From: a virus
Strand: one strand, 5' to 3'
Virus record (IMG/VR): IMGVR_UViG_3300045988_172839
Span: 32,001-96,000 of that record
DNA: 64,000 nucleotides
The translations under genes were made by a program, and so were the position numbers. Below are positions 8,831 through 18,909 of this stretch, piece by piece; positions within the stretch are counted from its first letter, which is position 1, and the number at the start of each line of letters is the position of its first letter. A model generated the notes under the pieces. That model was given only the letters and a program-made list of their open reading frames with translations, was not told the origin of the DNA and did not search any database.

Positions 8831-9763
8831 TTAAACTGTAACTAAAGCTACATTGACCACAATGTAATACATATCAGATTCTTCAAAAACCTCTGCTTTT
8901 ACTCCAAATCGACCAAGGTGGGGAGTTTCTAAAATGTAGGACTTAGACTCAATCTCTTCTTTCCCACAAGTATCAACCCATGTGTGGATTTGATTTTTGG
9001 GGATACCGCTGACATGTTCTACTGGGAATTTAGCATATTTCTCAGCCTTAGATTTATCTGTATAAACTTTAACTGAGGTTTTTCGACTTAACACTTGAGG
9101 TTTTTCATCTAAACCATAAGTCTTCACACAATGAATTGCTAAACCAACTGCATCCAGTTGGTCTTGGTAGCCACTCTTTAGATAAACTTCAAAGGAATCG
9201 TATTCTCGCCATTTGTTCGCCCAAGGATGTGCTAACTCTTGCAAGCACAAAAGAATTTCTTCTTTTTCTGCATTGTCTTTTGACCAAACTGCTTTCTTTA
9301 ACGGTGCTACACCAGTTTCAGAACGCAAAGTAGCTTTCCACGTTTTGTTGGATACCCTAAAGAACCGTTTGGCTTTTAAGACACCTTCTGCTAACAAGTA
9401 GTCAAGTGTAAAGTTCAGTGCGTAAGCTACAGAAGAGGTCTTCGCATTGTTTCCAAGCAATGCTTCTTCCACACACAACATATCAAGCTCCACTTCTCCC
9501 TTTAAAACTTTCATAAGCAAGAAATCTTTCAACTCTTGCATTCGAAGACCTACGGAGTAAGGACTATCTAAATCCTTAATAGAACTCTTCAAGTTAAAGG
9601 TTTCTAAAGTTTGTCCGTTCCAATAGGCGATACCAGTGGAGGTTTTAGACAAGTCTAAAGCCAAAACACTGTTTAAACCAAAGCGCTCAGAACCTTCTTT
9701 GAAGTAGTCTAAGTAAGTAAAACAAGGAGAACCCCCAAAATCTTCCATATCAAATGTGAACAT
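8831..9763 (-). CDS. RuvC-like (RNase H fold) nuclease with a C-terminal extension.
   Basis: VLALDLSKTSTGIAY (first Asp), LCVEEAL (Glu) and DQLDAVGLAIH (last acidic pair) follow the order of RuvC-family resolvase motifs. The start overlaps the stop of the upstream gene. Confidence 0.45.
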   Translation of the reverse strand: MFTFDMEDFGGSPCFTYLDYFKEGSERFGLNSVLALDLSKTSTGIAYWNGQTLETFNLKSSIKDLDSPYSVGLRMQELKDFLLMKVLKGEVELDMLCVEEALLGNNAKTSSVAYALNFTLDYLLAEGVLKAKRFFRVSNKTWKATLRSETGVAPLKKAVWSKDNAEKEEILLCLQELAHPWANKWREYDSFEVYLKSGYQDQLDAVGLAIHCVKTYGLDEKPQVLSRKTSVKVYTDKSKAEKYAKFPVEHVSGIPKNQIHTWVDTCGKEEIESKSYILETPHLGRFGVKAEVFEESDMYYIVVNVALVTV

Positions 9764-10389
9764 TAAGCAGAACTCCCTTCTGTACTTTTCTTAGACGACT
9801 TCACTTCAAGAACTTTATTAGTTATCAAGGTCAACTGTTCTTTCAAACCTTGTAAAGATAGAGAACCTTGGTTAAACTTCTCTTTCAAAGTCTCCACATT
9901 TTCTCTATGAATAGAGACTGTGTAAGGGGGAGCTTTTGAAAAGTCAAACTTAGACTTCTCTTCTTGAACCTCTACAATCGTATCAGTCAATTCAATACCG
10001 TAAAGTTTAGCTAAACTTTGCAAGTAGCCAAAACTATTAGGATAACGTTCTCCTAAGTATTGTTCTGCAAAGAGCTTATGAAATCCAATGATTGTACCTT
10101 TTACCCCACAACCAAAGCAGTTGAAAACCTCAATGCCAGTTTCACCGTCTTTGACGATACCGAGTGAGGGTTTTAAATCCTCATGGAAAGGGCAAACAAC
10201 ACGACTGTTCCCTGCACTAAACCTATAATCTGAATAGCGAGGTTGGTGTCTACAAACCACAACGTCCCAGTAGTTTGAAATGGTTACATCAAAGTGTCCA
10301 ATAAAGTTTTTGTGGTAAAGCAACTGTTCTTCCAACTGACGATAAGAGGCTTTAACTGTCCTTCTCTTAACTCTTGAAGTACCAATCAT
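9763..10389 (-). CDS. Stand-alone DnaG-type CHC2 zinc-finger protein (no TOPRIM domain recognised).
   Basis: CPFHEDLKPSLGIV...FNCFGCGVKGTIIGF matches the CHC2 primase zinc-binding domain. The protein is only 208 aa and its C-terminal part has no TOPRIM acidic motifs. Confidence 0.7.
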   Translation of the reverse strand: MIGTSRVKRRTVKASYRQLEEQLLYHKNFIGHFDVTISNYWDVVVCRHQPRYSDYRFSAGNSRVVCPFHEDLKPSLGIVKDGETGIEVFNCFGCGVKGTIIGFHKLFAEQYLGERYPNSFGYLQSLAKLYGIELTDTIVEVQEEKSKFDFSKAPPYTVSIHRENVETLKEKFNQGSLSLQGLKEQLTLITNKVLEVKSSKKSTEGSSA

Positions 10390-10658
10390 TCCAAATCACC
10401 CACAATCGTACAATGTAAGGTAAGCGCTGACTGCAACTTATCCGTAATTAAATCAATGTTCCGTTTAGACAAATGACTAGGCGCACCACTTACATACTGT
10501 ATAAAGCCACCTGCAACTAAAAATAACATAGAATCACCGACATAAAGCATAGTGGATTCAGAACCTTCCAAGTAAGTAATCTTATGTGAACCTACATAAG
10601 AGTCTAATATATCCAACAAATAGGGTTGGTTCAATTTTGAAAAATCATACTGCATCAA
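10386..10658 (-). CDS. Hypothetical protein.
   Basis: 90-aa ORF with 4-nt overlaps at both ends (translational coupling). Confidence 0.55.
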   Translation of the reverse strand: MMQYDFSKLNQPYLLDILDSYVGSHKITYLEGSESTMLYVGDSMLFLVAGGFIQYVSGAPSHLSKRNIDLITDKLQSALTLHCTIVGDLE

Positions 10659-11320
10659 TCATGCACCGACTTTCTTTTTGGAAAAACACCTCGAATAAAG
10701 ACTGCTGAGACAAGCTCGTCAACTCGGATACCCTTGAGTGGTGTGTCAAAATATCCTTTAGGTTCTTTAAATTTATGGTGTTCTTGACCATCCCAAAATC
10801 CATAGGGTCGAAGTTGGATACTTTCTAGCAACTTAAACAACTCAGTTAAAGACAAGTGGAAAATTGGAACTAATCGATTATCTAAGCGCAAATGTTGTTC
10901 ATCTACCAAACTTGCTACTGCAAAAGGCTTTAAGTCATTCTGCTCTCCAATTAAACTTGGTAAGTAATTCAGGAATCGAACTACCTCTGCCAAGTATAAG
11001 TCTTTCAATTCTTTGATTGTGACGAGTGCTTGCGCATCCCGATACCCTAACTGCTTTGTATAGTGTTGTAGCAAGTGTTCTTGTACCACTAAATCTACAA
11101 CCTCAATGTAAACCAAAGGAGTTCCTTCAATGTCAGCAACCCAAAGCCAATCGTAAGCTAAACCTAAATCAACAACGGATCGAGCTTCACTACTATCTAG
11201 TTCCTCTTTATACAGAATAGTGTACTTGTTAGTAAACTCCAAGACACCTTCCATAAAGAGGTCGTAGAAATCTTCTACAAATTGGTCTAATATTTCTTTT
11301 GTAAACTGTTTACTAGCCAT
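10655..11320 (-). CDS. Hypothetical protein.
   Basis: 221-aa ORF coupled to its neighbours. Confidence 0.6.
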   Translation of the reverse strand: MASKQFTKEILDQFVEDFYDLFMEGVLEFTNKYTILYKEELDSSEARSVVDLGLAYDWLWVADIEGTPLVYIEVVDLVVQEHLLQHYTKQLGYRDAQALVTIKELKDLYLAEVVRFLNYLPSLIGEQNDLKPFAVASLVDEQHLRLDNRLVPIFHLSLTELFKLLESIQLRPYGFWDGQEHHKFKEPKGYFDTPLKGIRVDELVSAVFIRGVFPKRKSVHD

Positions 11321-12725
11321 TTAATATCTTTTCAACTCCTTCCCTTACTTTTTCAAATTCTAAAATTTCCCACGTGTTATAAGCACTTAATAACTCTTCT
11401 GAAACTCCGTCACTTGGAGCCAGCAAGATATTTGAGGATACCGAAATCAGTGAGTTCCAACTCTTCTTATTCATCGCTACGCTTGGAACACCATCCGTAT
11501 TGTTAATGAATATAGGTAGTTCATAAGTGTTATTGGCTACTTTCAAGAACTCAACCATACGGTAAACATTGAAATAACCTCTATAGGTTTGATCCAAGGG
11601 AAGTCCTCTCAAGGTATCTTTCAAGACAGAAACCAATAATTCCTTAGAGTAGAATGGTAACTGCAACTTTTGAAAGATTTCAGTTTTTGAACCTTCTGCT
11701 ACATACTTGTAACTTGCTTTATTCAAAGGAAAGACTTTTAAAGCAAATACTTGGTTGTACAGTTGGCGAAACTCAGATACCGAAAGAACACCTTCTAGGT
11801 CTTTTTTCTCCAACAAACCAAGGCAGATTAAAGCACCTAATCGAACATCTGAGACTGAACCTAAAGTCATTATCTTATCTAAATGACGAACTAAGTCATA
11901 AGGTACAAACTCTTCTGTGCCTGGTTCTTTACCGACTAAAGCAGACTTCAAGGCACTAGAGACTTCATTGGGTTGCAAAGCAAATTTAGCTAAGAATGAG
12001 TTGTAAGAAATATAGTAAGACCCATTTATTTCAAAACTATCACTTGATTTTGTTCCTCTCAAGTAATTCAGTACAGAAGTTTCTACGAACGTACCAACAC
12101 CTTTGACCGACAAAGGTTGGATACCCATTGAGAAAAGTCTGCTACGCTCAGTAAATGTTAAATTTACCAAAGTATGTTGAGTTAAAAAGGCACAAACAGT
12201 AGCGTAAGTCACACTTGGTAAAATATACACCTTCTTCTTAGACTTAGCACCTACAATATTAGTTAATCGCAACTCTAAATACCGAACCAAAGAGTAAAGT
12301 TGACTTGGACTCAACTCTAACTTACTTGCAACTCTCTCAATAGAATAATCTAACTGACCTTGTAAGTCTTGAACAAACTGAAAGTATTCATCTGTTAAGC
12401 TATCTGACCAATAATAAGGAGTATTAGTAAACAAATCTCTCACAATCGAACTAGGTCCAGACTCTAAAAACTTATCAATAAATTCTTTTTTGTCATAAAC
12501 CTCTTTTAACTGCTCTACTACTTTCTCTAAAGTATAAACACACAAAGAAGGTGCTTGTGAGAACAACACCTTACTTAAACGAGGGTAGGTATCCTTAGAG
12601 ATAACCTCTAAACCACCTTTTACTTTTACTACTTCAAATTGAGCTTGGGAGCGAACGTAGTCCTCAGACACCCTAAAGAACTGCGCTAAGTCTCCGACAC
12701 TCACACAAATTTCAAATTTAGACAT
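11313..12725 (-). CDS. Putative DNA-binding protein with two HTH-like segments (candidate initiator or helicase partner).
   Basis: The track ORF is 11313..12758. The ATG at 12725 has a GGAG RBS and an ATGTCTAA overlap with the helicase stop, so it is the likelier start. HTH-like segments: VSVGDLAQFFRVSEDYVRS and SIERVASKLELSPSQLYSLV. Confidence 0.45.
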   Translation of the reverse strand: MSKFEICVSVGDLAQFFRVSEDYVRSQAQFEVVKVKGGLEVISKDTYPRLSKVLFSQAPSLCVYTLEKVVEQLKEVYDKKEFIDKFLESGPSSIVRDLFTNTPYYWSDSLTDEYFQFVQDLQGQLDYSIERVASKLELSPSQLYSLVRYLELRLTNIVGAKSKKKVYILPSVTYATVCAFLTQHTLVNLTFTERSRLFSMGIQPLSVKGVGTFVETSVLNYLRGTKSSDSFEINGSYYISYNSFLAKFALQPNEVSSALKSALVGKEPGTEEFVPYDLVRHLDKIMTLGSVSDVRLGALICLGLLEKKDLEGVLSVSEFRQLYNQVFALKVFPLNKASYKYVAEGSKTEIFQKLQLPFYSKELLVSVLKDTLRGLPLDQTYRGYFNVYRMVEFLKVANNTYELPIFINNTDGVPSVAMNKKSWNSLISVSSNILLAPSDGVSEELLSAYNTWEILEFEKVREGVEKILNG

Positions 12726-14310
12726 TGATATCTCCAACATCCAAGACGACAGCTTCACCGTTCCGCATTTCTATCACTTGGTCTTTCATTTCTATCACAT
12801 TATTCGCAACCTTATCCGTAAAGACCGAAAGCGGAGCCATCTCCCCTGCTAAACGTGAAGGAAGTAAGTACATTTTGGCTATGTTCTTTGCAGACATAGC
12901 GTCATTTGTATACAACATCAAGTTTAAGTCTGCTGATTTTGTTAATTCTTTCGAATCAGCCGTAACGTTTCGCAACTCACGGTGGATACCCTTACCTAAA
13001 TCTTGAATAACATCAGTAGCCAACTGTGAAGGCAACCAAACACAAATATCTAATAAACCTTTCAATGTCTCTAAACGTATAGACAACTTCTCTAACATAG
13101 TTTTCTTATCAGGGTACTGACTGCTATCCATCGCTTGTGCGTAGTCAATAACGACAAACTTACACTCTTTTTCCTCTGCTGCAACTCGAAGAACGGTTTC
13201 AACCGATTCCAACTCAAACGGATAATCTGGTAAATATATTTTACCATAATTTGGGTTACTTACCAAGTCCATGCGAGAAATTTTTTCTAACTCTGCAACC
13301 GAGCTATCTAAAGTACCACGCTGAATGTCGATACCGGCAATCTTTTCGTAGTTTTGACCTCTTTGTACATTGTAGTAATAATCAAAGTGAGTTGCACGCA
13401 ACTCAGCCATTACCTTGCCCGACCCTCCTTCTTTCCCCCAAAAGCAAATACCGAAACCATTTAGGAGAATTTCATGAGACAAGCGAACTGCAAATTTCGA
13501 TTTCATACCCTTCTCTGGGGCTGCAAAGACCGCAAAGGTGTTGGTATAAATCCCACCAATCGTAGCACTTAATGTCGGTAAATGCTGCAAATTAGACAAC
13601 AAAGTAGGCTTGTTAGACTCTTCTTCCTCAAAGTCAATATCTGAGGCACAAACGAGCTGATAAGAGTTTTCTTTACCTAATGAAGCCTTAATACTATTGA
13701 CTTTCTGTGAAAGGAAATCAAGCGCACCTTCGATACCGAAGAATGATTTACGTTGAGACCGAATTGGGTTCGTTAAGGCAATCGAGGCTTGTTGCAAAGA
13801 GTCATTAAAGGCTAATTTTGCATAGACCAACTTAAAGCGGGTTAAGGCATCTTCAAAGGTCGGCTCTTTCAAGAAAGATGGGCTACGGTATTTTTGGTAA
13901 ACCTCTACTACTGAAACCAACAAACCTTCAATCGCAGTTGAACCCTCACTTACATAAGACTCAAATTGAATACGGTCAGTGTCTTGTGCAATCTCAGAAG
14001 CGTTTGCTTGCAAGTAAACTTTCAAATAGTCTAAGTCAAGCAACAACCCTCTTTCCATCTGTACTTTCTTCAACATAGAGTAAAGCACATAGTTCTCATT
14101 GCGGAAATAATCATTTTGCAGACGACCCATCTGACCTCTTAGAGAGTCGAAGTCTCTAAGAAGATACCCCATCACTTGGTTTTCATAATACTCAAGTTGA
14201 ACCTCTGGGCTTTTATCTGAAATCTCAGAAGGTGTAATGTCTGACACATAGGCAGACTCCGTTCCTTCTGCTTCAGACATCAATTCCCAAAGCTCTTTAT
14301 CTTCAAACAC
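12718..14310 (-). CDS. DnaB-like replicative helicase (RecA-fold) with a deviant Walker A.
   Basis: The Walker B region CKFVVIDYAQAMDSS resembles DnaB LIVIDYLQLM. The P-loop region reads AAPEKGMKSKFA rather than GxxxxGKT. GTG start. Confidence 0.55.
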   Translation of the reverse strand: MFEDKELWELMSEAEGTESAYVSDITPSEISDKSPEVQLEYYENQVMGYLLRDFDSLRGQMGRLQNDYFRNENYVLYSMLKKVQMERGLLLDLDYLKVYLQANASEIAQDTDRIQFESYVSEGSTAIEGLLVSVVEVYQKYRSPSFLKEPTFEDALTRFKLVYAKLAFNDSLQQASIALTNPIRSQRKSFFGIEGALDFLSQKVNSIKASLGKENSYQLVCASDIDFEEEESNKPTLLSNLQHLPTLSATIGGIYTNTFAVFAAPEKGMKSKFAVRLSHEILLNGFGICFWGKEGGSGKVMAELRATHFDYYYNVQRGQNYEKIAGIDIQRGTLDSSVAELEKISRMDLVSNPNYGKIYLPDYPFELESVETVLRVAAEEKECKFVVIDYAQAMDSSQYPDKKTMLEKLSIRLETLKGLLDICVWLPSQLATDVIQDLGKGIHRELRNVTADSKELTKSADLNLMLYTNDAMSAKNIAKMYLLPSRLAGEMAPLSVFTDKVANNVIEMKDQVIEMRNGEAVVLDVGDINV

Positions 14311-14363
14311 TAAAAGCTAGTCTCCTCTCTAATTTGTTTCCATTTACAGTTTAAATCAATAGT

Positions 14364-15194
14364 TTAGAACCACCCACCACGCTCAAGCGCATCAAATTTC
14401 TCTTGCGTTGTCATGTTGGAGACATCTTTTGGAGGTCTTGGTACACGAGGTTGCAAAGGCGGTCTTTGAGTTTGGGATACTCTTGGTTGAGTTGGTTGTT
14501 GTGATTTTGAAACCGTGCGACTAGGTTGAACTTGAGTTTGATTAGGCGCTTGTTTCTTTTCCAAAGGTTGACCAAATCTGTCAAGACCCATTTCCAAAAG
14601 TTCTGCTTCTGTGAAAGGCTCCCCTGTCAAATAGTTGTAAGCTGGGTTATTAGACTCGTACATAGGTTGCTGAAATCTTCTTTCTGTTTGTTGTTGATAA
14701 TGAGGTTCTTGTGGGTAATAAGGTTGTTGTGGTTGATAGTAATTTGGTTGAGTCAAAGAACTACGACCTAAACCATAATCAGTTATAGCGTCTTGCAAAA
14801 TACGTTGAAAATTCTCGGTATCCTTACCCCAAAAGTCAGTGAGGTAAATATTATCGTCAAATCCCATAACAGAAATAACCACCGAACCAAAGAAGATACC
14901 CCTGCCTCTTTGCACACTTGCAATCTGAGGTAAGTTCACAGTTAGTTGATATTTGTTCAAAATCAACCCTTTATCCAAAATATGCAAACGCAAATTGGTC
15001 ACACAAACCAAAACTCGTGCTTGACCGCTTTTACAAGCAGTTATATAGCGAAGTTCTTCATCTGCTCTCAAAGTTTTTGCTAATTCTTTTAGCTCAAAAC
15101 CCGTACCAATAAAGGGAGTTTTGACTAACATATTCATAACCTTATTGTGTTCCAAAAAGGGAAGTATCTTCTCTGTATAGTAAGGATGTACCAT
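14364..15194 (-). CDS. Hypothetical protein; possible bacterial PH (YokE-like) domain plus a Pro/Gln-rich tail.
   Basis: 276-aa ORF. The C-terminal third is low-complexity QQPYYPQEPHYQQQ...QPRVPRPP. The domain call is weak. Confidence 0.35.
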   Translation of the reverse strand: MVHPYYTEKILPFLEHNKVMNMLVKTPFIGTGFELKELAKTLRADEELRYITACKSGQARVLVCVTNLRLHILDKGLILNKYQLTVNLPQIASVQRGRGIFFGSVVISVMGFDDNIYLTDFWGKDTENFQRILQDAITDYGLGRSSLTQPNYYQPQQPYYPQEPHYQQQTERRFQQPMYESNNPAYNYLTGEPFTEAELLEMGLDRFGQPLEKKQAPNQTQVQPSRTVSKSQQPTQPRVSQTQRPPLQPRVPRPPKDVSNMTTQEKFDALERGGWF

Positions 15195-15229
15195 ATTTCA
15201 ACCCACCTTAGCAACCTATAATCTATTTG

Positions 15230-15496
15230 TTATTTTTCATCAAGTTTAGAGTTGACATCTTTAATCGAGAAAATCTCAGAACGCTTGAAGGATACCCTAT
15301 TACGACCTACACTAACTAACGCTTCATCTGGTGCGCCAATTAGAAATCTACGAATGTCAGAGCTATTTGAGGTTTTCGATAAGCAACACCAACGACCTTT
15401 ATAGTCTTCCCCGACTTCCCCAATCGTAATTTGGTCTCCTGCGTGTAAGTCAACTCTCTGACCATTAGCCAATACTAATTCTACTACTGAAACCAT
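15230..15496 (-). CDS. Hypothetical protein.
   Basis: 88-aa ORF within the operon. Confidence 0.5.
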   Translation of the reverse strand: MVSVVELVLANGQRVDLHAGDQITIGEVGEDYKGRWCCLSKTSNSSDIRRFLIGAPDEALVSVGRNRVSFKRSEIFSIKDVNSKLDEK

Positions 15497-15507
15497 TTTA
15501 TTTTACC

Positions 15508-16401
15508 TTATTTTCGTCCAAAAAGCTTTTTCAAACCTGAGAAGAAACGTTTAACAAAGTTCTGTTTTTTCTCTTCCTTCAATAGAGTTAAGGCAGTTTG
15601 AGCTTCTTCTAATTCTACTTTAAGATTGTCTTGTTCTTGACTCAACTGAAGAATTTGAGCTTGTTTAGAACGTACCTCGTCACGAACTTCTTCAATTTTC
15701 TCTGCATGCTCTCTTTCTAAAGTGTTAATATATTCAGAAGTAGCTTTCTTTTCATCTTCCATATTAGATTTTTCAGACTCCCACTGAATCTTATCCAAAG
15801 CAAACTCTTTTTCTTTTTGCTCAAAAGTTTGGATACGCTCCTCTGCTTGTTTCAGAGAATCTTCAACTCTTTTATATTCAGTTTTAAGATTTTCTAACTC
15901 TTTTTCCAAATCGTTTGATAGAACAATCTCTCCTGCGTTGTGAAATCGAACAGACGAATCGTCTGACACCTCTGCTTTCTCTTCAACATCTTGAACTGGT
16001 TGAGAGTTTTTTGTTACCTTACGAGGTTGAGTTTCATAAATAATCAACTCTCCACCTAGGTTTGCAAATTGAGGTTTTGGACGACCACCTTTAGGAACCT
16101 CACGATTTACTGCAGATTCAGACAGTTGAATTACTTCAATCGGAGAAATACCTGGAACTTCAAATTCTACATCTTTACGCAAATCATATTCTTTTCGAAT
16201 ACTTTCAACAGTTTCAGCAGAGTATGCCATCATAAAGATAGAAACTTTAAACAACTGAGCAAAGTCTGTACTAGATAAGCTCCAACGAGCACCGGAATTA
16301 CTTACACGAATTGACCCAGTGTTAGGATTAGCTTTAGTTGTAGAAATTCGTACATAAGGTGCATATTTGTTAACTACTTCACTTGTAAGTGTAATTTTCA
16401 T
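15508..16401 (-). CDS. Hypothetical protein with a C-terminal coiled coil.
   Basis: First gene behind a strong promoter, with an AGGAG RBS. The C-terminal 130 aa are rich in E/K heptad-like repeats. Confidence 0.6.
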   Translation of the reverse strand: MKITLTSEVVNKYAPYVRISTTKANPNTGSIRVSNSGARWSLSSTDFAQLFKVSIFMMAYSAETVESIRKEYDLRKDVEFEVPGISPIEVIQLSESAVNREVPKGGRPKPQFANLGGELIIYETQPRKVTKNSQPVQDVEEKAEVSDDSSVRFHNAGEIVLSNDLEKELENLKTEYKRVEDSLKQAEERIQTFEQKEKEFALDKIQWESEKSNMEDEKKATSEYINTLEREHAEKIEEVRDEVRSKQAQILQLSQEQDNLKVELEEAQTALTLLKEEKKQNFVKRFFSGLKKLFGRK

Positions 16402-16435
16402 TTTCTTCTAACTCCTAAAAATCAATATTTTCTTT

Positions 16436-16464
16436 ATTATATCACAAAAAGAACTATAAATCAA
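16436..16464 (-). promoter_or_regulatory. Sigma-A type promoter TTGATT-17-(TG)-TATAAT.
   Basis: -35 at 16459-16464 and -10 at 16436-16441, 17-bp spacer, TGTGATATAAT. Confidence 0.65.
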
Positions 16465-16511
16465 TAAAAATAAGCAAGGAAATTGAAATTTTCAAAAACC
16501 TCACTTAGAGT

Positions 16512-17396
16512 TTATATGTTATATAAGTCTGCTTCTGCAGAACTTAAAGTTGCTGCAGGTCTTTTCGACTGCGTACTTTTAGCTTTTCCTCTTGCTTTTT
16601 GAGGTACTACATCTTCTAACTCAACTTCAGACATATTCAAGCCTAGCACCTTATTTGAATTGCGAATTACTCGATTTGTTCTAGCGACTCGCTCTTCCTC
16701 GTTGCTATTTTGACGAGGGATACCGATATACAGATATTGACGTGGGGAATAACTATCCTCAGAACCTAGTCGTTGTAAGACATTGTTAATCTGAGAACCG
16801 TCCGTTAAAATAACATACGTGGACTTCCCTTCAAAGGCACGTTGTCTTACAAAATCCTCTACCAAATAACCGTCCTCTCTCATAGACGGACTATAAGCAA
16901 CGACTACGACTTCGCTCAACATAAGATTTTCGTAGTCTTCACGTTTTTGTTTGATACCCTGCAGTCGAAACGGTGTAATAAAAGGGTGAACACTCAGCCC
17001 AGCTTTATAAGCAGAACCCAATAGCCAAAAAGCTAACATTTCAATATCTGCTCGTACTCCTAGATAAAAGAGTACAGAAGTCTTCGGTTTCTTCCCTACT
17101 GACAAAGAACCAACTAAAGCACCAATAGAGTCTTCAATAGAATTGAATTGCTCTGTATCTAAACTCTCAGCAGTTAAACCCCCCAATACTTGTCGCAAGT
17201 CTACGAACAAGCGAGAGAATACCCTACGAAGACCTAACTTCTCAGATAAACCTTGAGTTGTGCCTTCTTGGGATTGTACACCTTCTACTACCTGTTTTGT
17301 TCTTAGTTCCTCACACAAAGGACAAGGAACTAATTTATTTACCGCAATGTCAAAAACTAAACCGTCTGAACACTCGGTGGATTTACATAGTTTCAT
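16512..17396 (-). CDS. Hypothetical protein with an N-terminal zinc ribbon.
   Basis: CKSTEC...CPLCEE at the N-terminus. The rest is unassigned. Confidence 0.5.
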   Translation of the reverse strand: MKLCKSTECSDGLVFDIAVNKLVPCPLCEELRTKQVVEGVQSQEGTTQGLSEKLGLRRVFSRLFVDLRQVLGGLTAESLDTEQFNSIEDSIGALVGSLSVGKKPKTSVLFYLGVRADIEMLAFWLLGSAYKAGLSVHPFITPFRLQGIKQKREDYENLMLSEVVVVAYSPSMREDGYLVEDFVRQRAFEGKSTYVILTDGSQINNVLQRLGSEDSYSPRQYLYIGIPRQNSNEEERVARTNRVIRNSNKVLGLNMSEVELEDVVPQKARGKAKSTQSKRPAATLSSAEADLYNI

Positions 17397-17412
17397 TTCA
17401 TAAAATCTCCAT

Positions 17413-17820
17413 TTAATTATAGTCTTTTAGAACCGAAAATAATACGTCAAATACATGGTGTAAGTCGGTGTCCTCAGTTATGATTGTGGTTATTTTAAGC
17501 CAACCATTACGGAACGAAAACTCTAAGTCCACATCTTTGAATACTTCTGAGTCTTCTGAGCAAAAGACACTACCGTGGTAAAGATAGAGTGGAAATTCAA
17601 TACGGAAGTAAGCATAATCTCGAACCGTTTGAAAGTCCGCTACAAAAAGGCTTGCATCTTCTCTATCAAAATAGAAATACCAGTTGAGCTTACTGACCTC
17701 CCATTCGTAATCAAACTCACTAGACTGGAAATTGAAACCTTGAGAGCTATGGTCTTTACTTGTATAATCTGTTACCAACTTTTCTAAGTCGGATAAAATC
17801 AGTGGTGTTTTTATTATCAT
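17413..17820 (-). CDS. Hypothetical protein.
   Basis: 135-aa ORF in the operon. Confidence 0.55.
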   Translation of the reverse strand: MIIKTPLILSDLEKLVTDYTSKDHSSQGFNFQSSEFDYEWEVSKLNWYFYFDREDASLFVADFQTVRDYAYFRIEFPLYLYHGSVFCSEDSEVFKDVDLEFSFRNGWLKITTIITEDTDLHHVFDVLFSVLKDYN

Positions 17821-17837
17821 CTAAATCAGCTTTCTCC

Positions 17838-18668
17838 TTACTTCTTAACTTTATCCAAAGGATATTTGTGAAATCCTTGCTCATCAAGATACCCTTGCCA
17901 CAGCTCTTGACCGTTTTCATCTAGTTTCAACAAGTTAATGCGAGAGAACTCGGAACCTGAGTTAGAACCACCGTCAATAAAGTATCGAGTAATTAAAGGA
18001 GTTTCATCTAACTCTAAACTATCTTTCAAAATTTGACAAGGATTAATTAGATGTTCATACCCCTCCATTGTGCAAGTGGGGGTGTGCCCTGAAATAATTG
18101 TTTTTCCTTTGAAGTCTGAGTGCAAGTCCACATCGGTTAAATGGTTCAAAGAGTCAATATAAAACTCGCGAGTCCAAACCATTCCCTCCGTATCTTGCTT
18201 ATCTAAAGGTAAGTCTAACTCAAACCCTGCGTGGACTAGAATATTCTTACCATCTTCTAAGTAATAAGGGAGAGAGCGCAACCAAACCAGTTCATCATAC
18301 AAGTGAAAGAACAACTGCTCTCTTAAATCGCTCTCGGAAGCGTAGGGGATACCCAAATTAGCGAGTGTTTCTTCTCGACCGTTCATGTGCCACCAATTTG
18401 TAGCAAATGGACGAAAAGCACTATCTAACAGAAAAACATCATGGTTTCCTACAATCGCTTTTGCCTTCCCACTCTCGCACAAACCCTTCACAAAATGAAG
18501 AGTATCTAAAGTAGCATTTGGTTTCAGGTCGAAACCGTCAATATAGTCACCACCAAAGCGAATTTCACAATTCTCATCTGTGAACTCGGGTAAAGTTTCT
18601 AACTGTTTTAGAACTTCGTAATTTGCATGAATGTCTGATAAATACAAGTAAGACTTCAACTTACACAA
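17838..18668 (-). CDS. Calcineurin-like metallophosphoesterase (PrpE/ApaH-like).
   Basis: All signature blocks are present: SDIHAN, GGDYIDG, VGNHD, VHAGF, SGHTP. Confidence 0.85.
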   Translation of the reverse strand: MCKLKSYLYLSDIHANYEVLKQLETLPEFTDENCEIRFGGDYIDGFDLKPNATLDTLHFVKGLCESGKAKAIVGNHDVFLLDSAFRPFATNWWHMNGREETLANLGIPYASESDLREQLFFHLYDELVWLRSLPYYLEDGKNILVHAGFELDLPLDKQDTEGMVWTREFYIDSLNHLTDVDLHSDFKGKTIISGHTPTCTMEGYEHLINPCQILKDSLELDETPLITRYFIDGGSNSGSEFSRINLLKLDENGQELWQGYLDEQGFHKYPLDKVKK

Positions 18669-18699
18669 TCTCCTTATTTACTTCTTCTTTTCCTTAGGT

Positions 18700-18909
18700 T
18701 TACTCAAAGAAAACAACTAAACTAGAATCATCAATCAATAAACCATAAGGTGCGTGAGTTTTATCTTCAACTTCACTACCTATCATGTATAAGTTTGAGA
18801 ATTTATTTGATAGAATATCTTCTTTGAACTGTTTCATATCGTAAAACTCAACTGTAGAGGAACTATCCAAACCTAATTTAGCTAATTCTTCAAAATCTTT
18901 TAACTTCAT
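18700..18909 (-). CDS. Hypothetical protein.
   Basis: 69-aa ORF coupled to the downstream gene. Confidence 0.45.
   Translation of the reverse strand: MKLKDFEELAKLGLDSSSTVEFYDMKQFKEDILSNKFSNLYMIGSEVEDKTHAPYGLLIDDSSLVVFFE

Noticed and set aside
16512-17396. ORF 16512..17396 as the missing TOPRIM primase core (zinc ribbon plus VILTDGSQ).
   Set aside because: Only a single acidic residue sits where the DxD motif would be, and the conserved TOPRIM glutamate is not evident. The evidence is too weak to call without a profile search.
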